NCBI GenBank assembly: GCA_900088475.1
Contig: FLMG01003956.1
Location: forward strand, 1-36,169
Source: Hyphochytrium catenoides
Taxonomy: Eukaryota > Protista > Hyphochytriomycota
DNA: 36,169 nucleotides
Reading direction: 5' to 3'
This document shows positions 10,461 to 20,658 of this stretch, one piece after another. The notes beneath the pieces are model-generated. The model was not told the DNA's origin. It did not search any database and saw only the letters and a program-made list of their open reading frames with translations. Position numbers and translations under genes: made by a program. Position 1 is the first letter of the stretch. Every line of letters begins with the position of its first letter.

Positions 10461-11906
10461 ATGCGGATCGTCGCGGGCACCTATGAGGGCTACCTCTTCG
10501 GCTGGGAAAGTACCCGCACAGTATCCCAGCCAGGTGAAGACCCAGCGCTAAGCCTCACATTCGCCTTTGAAGCCCATGACGAGTGCATCAGAGCTATTGC
10601 CATGGTCAAGGAAACAGGAGGCAACTTCCTCGTGACAGGCGGCAACGACGAGACCATCAGGTGCAACCTCAGACTGGGTGGTCTTTTTTCCGTCGTTCTC
10701 CTCAAGCGAAGTGGCATAGAGCTTCACTTGCCACTTTTTCGAGCTGGACAGCGCCCACAGGCATCTCTTCTTTCCCCAAAGACTCTGCTGCTCTATTGCG
10801 CTCGAAGTCATACCTAACCAGCTTTCTGCTTTCTCTCTCTCTCTCTTTGCATATACTAAGGATATACAACCTGCAGAAGCGGGTAGAAGTGGGCTCTCTG
10901 ATGCAGCACGCCGCCGCGATCATGGCGCTTGACTTTTACCAAGATTTGAATCTTTTGAGTGGAAGTAAGGATGGCACCATCTGCATCTGGAGGACTAGCG
11001 ACTGGCAGTGCCTGCACATCCTAGGAGGACACAAGTGAGCTCTTGCCTCCTGTCTCTGTCTCTCCCATGCCTTTCTCTCTCCCCTCCTTCTCCTGTCTGT
11101 CTGTCCCTTAGTCCTTTTCTGGCTCTGCATCTTTGTGTCCCACTTTTTCTCATTTGTTCTCTCCTTCTCTCCACTTTGAACCTTGAACTTGGTCTCGCTC
11201 TCTGCCTCTTTCTCTCTTTGTATAGTTTCCCTCAGACAGATGGTCAGTGCCTATTTCCTCCTTGCTCTCTCTGCCTCCAGACCTGGGACTCGACCAGGTT
11301 TCAGACTGATTTCTTGGTTTACCTGGCTTGTGTTCATTCTCTTTTCTTCACTTCCTGACCCCTGGGTTTCTCCACTCTTTATGGCTCTCACTCGTCTCTA
11401 AACTTCTTCTGCGGACAGAGACGCTGTGAACAGCATTGCGGTGCATCCCTCAGGCAAGCTGGCCCTTTCTGTCTCCAAAGACCGAACGTTGCGGATGTGG
11501 AACCTGGTGAAGGGGCGCTCGGCCTTTATTAAGAGATTGGAGAAAGAGGCCACTCTTGTCCGCTGGTCGCCCAAGGGAGAGAGGTAGACCCCATCTCTCT
11601 GGCGCTATATCTTTGTGAGAATATCTCTCTCCTCCCATTGCTCTCTGTGCCTCGCCTGATTCTCTCTCCTTTTCATCATTCCACTGGGTTGATTCTTCTC
11701 TGCTGAGTCTTACATAGCTCTTCTGTATGTCCCCACAGCTATGCGACGGTGATTGATAAGACTGTCTACCAATACAACGCGGCTGGCGATGTAAGTCTCC
11801 CTCTGCCTTCTTCTGTCTTGCTTCTTTGCATCCATCTAGCATTGCTAAACAGGAGGTGCTTGCCCTTCTCTCTCTCTCTCTCACATTCTCTCTCTCTCTC
11901 TTTCTT

Positions 11907-11947
<41 letters not shown>

Positions 11948-13112
11948 CTCTCTCCCTGTTTCTCTTTCTCTCTTTCCTTCTCTCTTTTTCTCTCTCTCTC
12001 TCTTTTCTCTCTGCTTCTCCCCTCCTAGCCAGCTCCTTTGGGCCCTGCGTGGCAATTTATCTTTTCGCAGAGTGATGTGCAGTGGCGTTGCTCCATAGAG
12101 TCTTCTTCCCTCACTAGTTTCGCGACGCCGATGATTCACCCTCTTCCCGCCTACAGTTAACAGCGACATTGGCACACTCCGCGCGGATCAATGGGATCGC
12201 CTTTCTTTCTGAGAAGACGCTCGCGGCCGCTGGCGAGGACAGGAAGATTTACGTCTATGACAAAGAGGGAAGGTAAGGCACCTGAAAAAGGAGTGGAAAG
12301 TGAGATGGAGTGGGTGCGGAGCAAGGAAGAGAGAAATAGAGGGGAAGAGAGAACAGGTTTCGAAGTGAGATAAGACAAGTAAGAGCGAGTAGCAGACAGA
12401 GAGCGGAAGTAATATGTGTAGCGCGGAGAGGTGAACGATCAGCCAAAGAAGAACAAGTCGAGGAAAGTGAGGGCGCTAGGAGACATCTAGGGTAGAGAAG
12501 TCTGACGAAGAGTGCAGAGAGGAGAGCGAGAGATAGTGCAACTTCGCATAAAGCCAGCTACGGATTTCTGACTTGCCTCTCTTCGCAGGCTGTCCAAGAC
12601 GATAGACACCAAAGGTGGCTCTCGGATCAAGGACCTGCACACGGTGGAGGAAGAAGGGAAGCACTTTATCGTCTCAGGCACGTCCACTGGTCTCATTCAG
12701 GTACAATATGAACGGGGATTTACAGAATCGTTCAAAGAAGAGGGAGAAAGTGCTAACTTTGTCTATGGGGCAGGTCTGGGACCCGGCAGGTAGCGAAGAC
12801 AGTGGCCCCTGCGGCAGCGTCCAGCTTACGGAAGGCTTGCGCCTGACAGCCCTCTGTTGCGGAGCGAGCAAACCGCAGGAACAGGAGAAAGGAGATAGGA
12901 AAGAAGAGAAAGAGCAGTCAACTGAAGAACAAAGGGATGAGGAAGAGGACGATGAACCAGAGGAGAAGGAGGATCTGTCCAAGCTCAAGCGCAAACAGAA
13001 GGCAGTGGTCACGGTAGAGGGAGATGGGAAAGACACTGCCCAGCAGAAAAAGAAGAGGCGGAAGAAGGGTGGGAAGAGGCACAACCCTAAGTACCGGCAG
13101 GGCGGGAAGTAA
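10461..13112 (+). CDS. PAK1IP1: WD40 60S ribosome biogenesis factor, PAK1-interacting protein 1 / Mak11 family, multi-exon
   Basis: N-terminal MRIVAGTYEGYLFG; TGGNDETIR-IYNLQKRVEVGSLMQH; LLSGSKDGTICIW; GHK-DAVNSIAVHPSGKLALSVSKDRTLRMWNLVKGR (family hallmark); RLTAL in the last blade; acidic then Lys/Arg-rich (NLS/NoLS-like) tail. Confidence 0.9.
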
Positions 13113-13287
13113 ACACACAGAGAAGTTAATATTTATTGTTCCTTTCCCAAAAGAATCGACTCTCTTTTTTCTCTGTGTCGTCCATTCTCAGCTCTGAAAG
13201 CTTCCCAGAGCCATCTAACTGTTCCTTCTCTCTTTTGGCATTGCCTAGCCGCTTCGTTGCCTCTTTTCTCTCTCTGTCGTTCTAACC

Positions 13288-16200
13288 CTAGGCGGTGCTG
13301 TCTTCCTCGATGCCTGTGGCCACAATAGATACACGGAACTTGCCGTTCATCCCAAGCTCGTAGGAGGAGCCAAATATAATGTTAGCCATAGGATCCTCGA
13401 CCTCCTACACCAAGACAAGGCAGTAATTAAAAGAGGGTCGCAACTCGGACTGCCAGCGCTAGTAGTGAGTGGCGGGGAAAAGAAAGGGGAGCGAGAAAGA
13501 GAACGAGGGTATCAAACAGACATAGATAAAGATAGGAGAGGGGACAATCCTCAGCTGAAGAAGAGTCAGCCAAGGCTTCTGAGATGAGCGAGGCAGAGTC
13601 CCCACCATCTCGTCAAAGGAACAGAAGGCAGAGGCCACAGAAAGAAGTCAGAGTTGATGCGAGATAATCGACGTAGAGTAGTCTAGAGTTACCCTGGTAA
13701 TGCGGTCTGCCGCGCGGTCCACCTCAAAAAGAGTCATGTCGGGACCACCAGTGATGTTAACAATCATGCCCTTTGCGCCCTGCAGCGTTTGAGTGAGAGA
13801 GAGAGAGAGACAGAGTGAGGGCGGACCATCAGGGGGAGGAGAGCGACAGGACGGAATGAGTGAGTAGGAGAAAGAGGTTCAACGAGCACAGTCCCATCAC
13901 GTTGAAGATGAGGGTCTGCTCACCTTTATTGAAATATCCCCAAGAAGTGGATTGCTCAGGGCCAGTTCGGCTGCGGCAATCGCTCTGTTTGCAAGAGAAA
14001 GCGTAAGATGGATTCTCCAAAGATCTCACACTCTCCCGTCTGACGCCCTCCGTTCTTCCCCACTGTCCTTCACTCTCTCTCGCTCACGCTCTCCATATCC
14101 TTTACTTTCTCTTCACCTTCCTTTTCTGTCTTCTCTCTCTTTGTACTATTCGCTCCAACTCTCTCTTGCGCTTCCGTTCTCTCTCTCTCTCTGTGCTCTC
14201 CTTTTTCTCTCTGTGCTGCGGTCACCATCTCACCACCTTCTCACTCCTCCGCAAAGGAGCATGTTGGAAAGGGTCTCTTCACTCTCTTCCACCGCACCGC
14301 GATCGACTTACCTATTATCTCCCTCTGCTTCTCCACTACCCATCATTGCATTGCCACCGTTCACCATCACCTTATCGCAGGACATTGACCGAGAGATTGA
14401 AAGCGAGGCAACAGACAACAAATGTAAGCTGTATGGGCAACTGCTTATCTGTGACAGAGATATTTTCTGTTTGTGCTTGGTCTCTTACCGACTGGACGTC
14501 CGCAAAGTCAAGATTGATGAGCCCGGGCTTCACCATAAGATCCGTCACGTTCTTCACTCCGGCCAGGAGAACATCATCCGCCATCCTTCGGGGCGTTCGC
14601 AGGTAATAACAGACAAGAGAGTTCATCAGCTCTGACGGCTGCTTGTCAACGCGCAACAAGGAAGGTCTCAAAAGAGAGAGAGGGAGAAGAGACAGGGTCT
14701 ATGTTGACATCAAGTAATGGACAGTCACCTAAAAGCATCCATATAGGCTGTGTCTTTGGTTGCGGAGAGGAAGAGGTTTTGGTTGGGGATGATAATCATT
14801 GTGTCTACTGACTCCCTCAGACACCGGATCCCTTCATTCGCAAGGTTCATACGGTGGGGACCCTCGAATCTGAAAGGCTGAACAAAGCAAATTTGAAAGA
14901 CAGCGAAGGTAGAGCAGGCGGTGCGTAGAGGAAACGACAGGTCATGGTGAGCGGTTGAAGAGAGAAGAAAGAGGAAAGAGCTACAAAGCAGAAAGGAGGG
15001 TGAGCGCTAGAAGTAGGTAACTAACTGATAGGGGTGAACTAAGCGTTTTGGGACATGAAGAGGTCCGGCAGAGATGAAGTTGGCGATGAAGTTGGAAAGA
15101 GGAGCAGAGTCGTTGGCGCCTTCTTGGACGGCAGCGACAAAAGAATGCGGCACCTTGGTCACGACACCGACGGTGAGCATATCTGAGTCCATACAAGCTC
15201 GAGCGATGACTGGGGCTGCCCCTGTACCAGTCCCGCCGCCCATGCCCGCGGTGATGAAGACCTGGCACCAAAGGAAAGCGAGAGAAAGAAAGAGAGAGTA
15301 GAGTGTCCACATTTAAAAAGAGTGAGAGACAAAACGAGGGAATGCAAGTATATAGGTAGCGCGACAAAGAGTGACAGAAGACCTGGGATTGGAAGATAGA
15401 AAAGAAAGAGAAGAGAAAGAAAGAACGATAGAGAGAGAGAGAAAGAAAACCGACATATAGAGGGAGGGAGAGATATGCATAGAGAGCAGGACAGGGGAGG
15501 AGGAAGGGAGTCAAAAGAGATACAAACGGCATTAAAAGGGTAAAGTGTGAGAGAGAGAAAAGAGCAAAGCAGGTCATACAAGGAAAGGAAAGAAGGCTCA
15601 AACCTTACCATGTCGACGTCACCGATGGTGTCCAAGATTTCTTCCTGAGACTCCAAAGCCGCTTCTCGCCTGTTATTCACTCACGTCAATCTCTGCGCAA
15701 GGGCACAGCAGGACGGGTATGGCTCCTAATCACTTGGAGAAGTATAGTATACCACCATTGTCTTCCGTCTGATGCTCTCTCTCCTCTTGCCAACCTACAA
15801 CTCACCCTATCTGGGGCTTGGCACCTGCCCCTAAGCCACCAGTCTGTCCCCTTCCCATCTGTACTCTATTGTCAGCGAGCGTGGCATTGAGGTGCTGCGA
15901 GTCAGTATTGCACACGACGAACTTGACGCCTTCCAGACCTCGGGCTATCATATTGTTCACTGGTAACACGTGCGAAATCGTCACCAGGCTATTAAAGCAG
16001 GTAAGAATGATAGCTGAGTGCCTAAGTAGGACAACACCACGGACGTGCTGATCCTGAACGGACATGAAGGAGAAGGGAGTGAGAAAGAGAGGCCCGGTAC
16101 CTGCATTACCCCCTGCTCCTCCTACTCCGACAACCACAATCTTCGGTGCAAAGATTTCAATGTGATAGTGTTCTTGATGTCGGGGCAGCGGGTACGATGA

Positions 16201-16570
16201 ATTTGGCATCTTGAACTCTTCAGGCTGTGGAGTGGCCGCTGCGCTGCTGGCGGCCGCGGGCTCTGAGGGAGAAATAGGAGAACTTGGTGGAGCCTTCTCT
16301 AAGGATGGTACATCCACTATTGTCTGAAGTCTCTCTTTTTCCTTCTGCTTCATGCCCTACTTTCATCCCAATATCAGAGGAGGGATACCATCGCACCTGT
16401 TAAGAAAGGTAACTGACCTTTTGGAGAACTGAAGCAGCGGTTTTGGTTGCCGAGGCTGCGGCTTCTGCCTTCTGTCGAGTCTGTTGGAAGCCCGCCCTCC
16501 CCAGAGAGCCCCGAGAGGGCAAAGCCCGCAGGGGTTGCAGCAACGTGCTGACCTTAGTACGAGCCCACAT
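13288..16570 (-). CDS. ftsZ: Mitochondrial FtsZ (alphaproteobacterial type) with N-terminal presequence, lacking the C-terminal tail; 11 exons
   Basis: Spliced motifs: [132 protein letters not shown]. Exon 1 (16570-16418), [34 protein letters not shown]..., is Arg-rich and acid-poor. Confidence 0.95.
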
Positions 16571-17114
16571 GGTGCTTCCAGTCTCTAGAAAAGGTATACT
16601 GGGGCTTGTGAGTCTGCCGCCACCCTCTCAACGGCTATCTCTGTGACTGCTGGGCGAGCCTTGACCCACTTACGACTATAGAGTGCTTCTTGAAAGGAGG
16701 ATTGGCTTCTTACTAATTACCGAGAGGTCTGGTCAAGCTGCACGATCTCTTCCTCTCTCGTGCTGCTTCATCTGAGTCAAAGAGCGGTTCGTTGCCCTTG
16801 CCTTCGTGCCAGGTAGTTGTCCAAGCTATGAATGATGGGTCTCTGATCTCTGATTCTGCTGAAGCTCTGGGCTGCCTTCTTTGATGATGAGGGGAACTGT
16901 GTTCCTTTTGGCGGCAGATCTTTGATCTTTGGCGCTACCATTACGATAATCAATAGATATTACTTACAGTAATCATTTTATTCACTTTTCGTTAGCGGCC
17001 TCAGGTGTAACGCACATTGGACCAGTGAACTGTGCGAGCGGGAGGCGTGAGATAAGAAGAGACATAGTGTACGATCGAGACGAAGAGTTAGTTCTTCTTC
17101 TCTCTCTCTCTCTC

Positions 17115-17328
17115 TGTCGTCTCCTATGAGCGGTCAATAGCTGTAAGGCTTGAAGGGTGGCTCTTCCTGGTTGTTCCGATGATGCTGTCGTCTCCTATTA
17201 GCGGTTAATAGCTGTTAGGCTTGGAGGGTGGCTCTTCCTGGTTGTTCCGATGATGGTGTCGTCTCCTATTAGCGGTCAATAGCTTTTAGGCTCGAAGGAT
17301 GGCGCTTCCTGGTTGTTCCAGTGATGCT
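17115..17328. repeat. Tandem minisatellite, 3 x 71 bp
   Basis: Units start at 17115, 17186 and 17257 (TGTCGTCTCCTATKAGCGGTYAATAGCT...CTTCCTGGTTGTTCC...) with a few substitutions per copy. Confidence 0.93.
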
Positions 17329-17812
17329 GACACTCATTGACAGTGCATTCGTACCGCTGCTGGAGAGCGCTCCCTCTCTATTGCTGATGATACATGTTCT
17401 GGCTGCGCACCATCGTCAATGAAGCAATCTATAGCAGAGATCTTGTGCAGATCCTTACTTATCATCAATGTCTCATGGTCTCAGGTAGCTGCACGGCGAT
17501 CCCTTCGCTCTCAGAGGTCCTTGTAGCTTCTGAATGCGAAGCCAAGCCTGCCGCTCTTACTAAAGGTCTTTAGAGCCAACTTCACGCAGCCTATATTCTC
17601 ATTCCAGGAATCGTTAGACTCCTTTAACACTCACTGACGGAGAGCGAGATACCTTAAATAGGTCGCACTCCTTTCTCAAGTTCTTAGTGTCATGAGAATA
17701 GTATTTACTAACCGTTGAAGCTCTAATTAGTCTCTATGATAAGTTCGCTCTTGCCTCTGTTGCCATCTCCGCCTGCTGTGCTACGTCTTGGAGTACTACC
17801 ACTGCTGCTTGG

Positions 17813-18967
17813 CTAAGACGGGTCTTCCCTATCGTGGCTGGACTTGTCACACATTTCGGGTGAGGGATTGGTCCTTGTGGCCGTATCACTCCCCGTCAGT
17901 CCGTGAACTCTGGTAGACTCGTTTCGTCTTAGGTCATTCCCAGGCTCGTCTTCTGGGTGGTCTTGCCTGGGAGTATCGTGGCTATCAACTAACTCCAAGT
18001 TGAATGGAACCGAGCGGTGTCCCTCTTTGTGATGATGTTTTTCAGGGCTAATGTGGTTTGTCATTGTGGTCGTTGTGCAGACATTGCTCTGTGTCCTAGC
18101 GAGAATAGGCACTTCAATGTCACTCAGGCCAGTGTAAGGCGCTTCCGATGACGGTGTGGCAGTAACATCTGCAGAAAGGTTGGATATGGACCTTGTCGAA
18201 GCATGCTCTTCAATCCTTACTTCTTCTCTCTTGATGTCCTTTCTATCCGCGCTGCTCTGACTCTTTCTCGCAGCTGCTGCTCTTCGGCGCCTCCTTGCGA
18301 GTCTTCCTCCGCGACAGACCTGACACCAGACACAGAGGCAGCCGACAAGGAGCACGGCCAGAACTCCAAGCACAATGATCAGAGCTAGCACGGCCCTGCT
18401 GATGCCCACATATGCCGGACCATACACGCCAGGGTCGTCAGTGGGCGTCAAGGAAGTAGACGGCTGTCCATGTGGAAATAGCACATTCCGATCGTTGCAG
18501 CGCATGACAGGACTGCTTTCTGGCGATGTGATAAGCTTCTCTACAAGGCATGCGCAGTACTCAATGGCGGGGGAAGTAGCAGTATTGGCAGAGGATGCAA
18601 AAGAGGCGCATGCTTTGCATCCGTGGGCCACAGGGTCATCGGAGCACCTATGAGCAGTGTTTGTCTGTTTGTATAGACATTGCACGACCTCGACCTCCTT
18701 CTCCTCTAGAGCGGAAGAAGATAAATTGCCCTTCATCCCTTCAGCAGGGAAGCTCTGCTTGTAGCAGTGACAGTAGGAAGATAAGAACGTGCTAGGAAGG
18801 CCTGTATAAACATTCGACGATCCAGGTAGGCAATCTGAAGCGTTGGTGGAAGAAGTTCTTCTTGTTCCCACCCGCAATCCTGCCTTTTTGTCTAATCTGC
18901 GAGCAAGTAGCCGCCAGGAGGGCTGCCGGGCTTTGCTACTATTATCTTCTTCGCTGAACTCGCTCAT
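17813..18967 (-). CDS. Uncharacterised single-pass membrane protein with Cys-rich ectodomain
   Basis: 384-codon uninterrupted ORF. Ten Cys precede a hydrophobic span (AVLALIIVLGVLAVLLVG), which is followed by CLCVWCQVC, the polybasic stop-transfer RLARRRRR and a low-complexity tail. The frame stays open upstream to a CTGACAG acceptor-like site near 19064, so the true start may lie in an upstream exon. Confidence 0.7.
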   Translation of the reverse strand: MSEFSEEDNSSKARQPSWRLLARRLDKKAGLRVGTRRTSSTNASDCLPGSSNVYTGLPSTFLSSYCHCYKQSFPAEGMKGNLSSSALEEKEVEVVQCLYKQTNTAHRCSDDPVAHGCKACASFASSANTATSPAIEYCACLVEKLITSPESSPVMRCNDRNVLFPHGQPSTSLTPTDDPGVYGPAYVGISRAVLALIIVLGVLAVLLVGCLCVWCQVCRGGRLARRRRRAAAARKSQSSADRKDIKREEVRIEEHASTRSISNLSADVTATPSSEAPYTGLSDIEVPILARTQSNVCTTTTMTNHISPEKHHHKEGHRSVPFNLELVDSHDTPRQDHPEDEPGNDLRRNESTRVHGLTGSDTATRTNPSPEMCDKSSHDREDPS

Positions 18968-20658
18968 GGCAGGAGAAGACGAGGCAGCACGGACTTGCTT
19001 GAGAAGGAGAGGAGCTAATCTGTGGCAGACAACCTCTCTTGCTTCGCATGCACGACGACGAGGCTGTCAGCAATGAGTTGAGAGATTTGGTGATTACCTA
19101 GAGTTCCCGTCTTCCTTTCATGGCTTTACACGTTGTCTTCGCCAAGTGCTCCACATAATAGTTCTGGCAGTGAGGATTTCGTAGGATGAGAGAGCACCCT
19201 AGGGGCCGTCGCAGATCGCAACTCGTCTGTCGACTCTTCTGCTTTTTTAGGGGTGGTGGACTAGAACCTCAGTGGACCAGCAGCAGCAGCAGGAGAAAAC
19301 AGAATGTTGCTTTATAATGATCCTATGAAGACGATGCAGAAGCGTTCCTCTTCCTGTCCTCTTCTCACCCAGGTCCACCGTTGTTAAACTGGACGCCTAG
19401 CATGCCTCTTTCTTTCCTTCCTTCCTAAAAGATATTCTAATCTGTGTAGGATGATGCAGGTTGTGAGGCACAGGGACTCAATGAAGATAGAGTGATGAGC
19501 TTGGCTGCTGCTGCTGGTGCCGCTAAGGTCCAGCTGGAGATGTGACGAATCCGTCCATCCGAAGATCATCATTCTGGGCCGGGATGGGCAGCCTGAGTGC
19601 CAGCTGTCAGACGATCAGAAGATTAGCAGAAGACTTCTTGGTCACTTTTGGCCTTTCACAGGACGCCCTCTCCCTAATTTTACCTATGAGAAACCCAGTT
19701 TTTGGTCTAAAAAGAAATCCATGACGTCGCTTGGGCCATCATTATCTCTCTATCACACTCTGTCTCGTCGTGCAAACCCTGATCTGTACCACAACAGGTT
19801 CCTCTCATGGTAGTCTGTCTGTCGTATGAGGGTTTTTCGACTAACTCCTCCATACTCTGCCTTGTGGGGTGGGGGCCAACCAGTTTCTGTCGCATTTGAA
19901 GGGTCCTAACAGTGTCCTAACAAGAGCTCATAGACATTCTGATTCCGCCCTAGACCCTCCTCTTTTTGTCGTATTTGAAGCCTGAGGGTACGACCTTGGT
20001 GGCTCAACTTCATCCTCAGATCCTCCGAGACATCAATCAATCTGCTGTCAGCAGCAGCAGCGCAGCAAGAAGTGCACCATCTGGCTCAAAAGCAAGGAAA
20101 AACATCAGGTAGACGCAAGGGTCAGCCAGTCCTATCTTCCCTGAAGCTCTCCAGGTGGCTGCATACTGCTGCAGCTTGATGAATGCCTCAGTCAGGGCAG
20201 TACACTCCAGTCTTCTTCCCTCTTCACCCTCCTCCTAGCTACACTGTCGGCTGGCTGGACAGACCTATTTGCAGCTGTTCTGAGCTGGCTCTCTCAAGGG
20301 CCGCTGCACCACCATCATGCGAACGGTTGAACACAGGTGACATCCTTTCCCTTGATTGTTCAACACCATACCAAAGCTTCCCTTTGTTGCATCCATCATG
20401 CCATTATTATCATGACACCACGCTGCCTAGTGGGAGTTTAGTCGTTCCGCTCCTCTTCTTTAAAATAAAGCTCCTTGCATGCCTGGAGACCTCGTTGTTT
20501 GGCAGCACACAACGGAAGAGGAACACAACGCGGAGTTTTGCTCTGTTACTATTCATGCTGATACGAATGAACGAGCCTGCTGTCTGCGCAGACCAAGAAG
20601 AAGGGGTAAAGCCGACAACAAGAGAGAAAGAAGAGAAAAGGGCAAAAGAATTCCGTCC

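Noticed and set aside
13288-16570. Plastid FtsZ
   Set aside because: There is no signal peptide or bipartite leader, and the motifs ([22 protein letters not shown]) are alphaproteobacterial-like.
17115-17328. CRISPR-like array
   Set aside because: The units are contiguous near-identical copies with no unique spacers; the context is eukaryotic and there are no cas genes.
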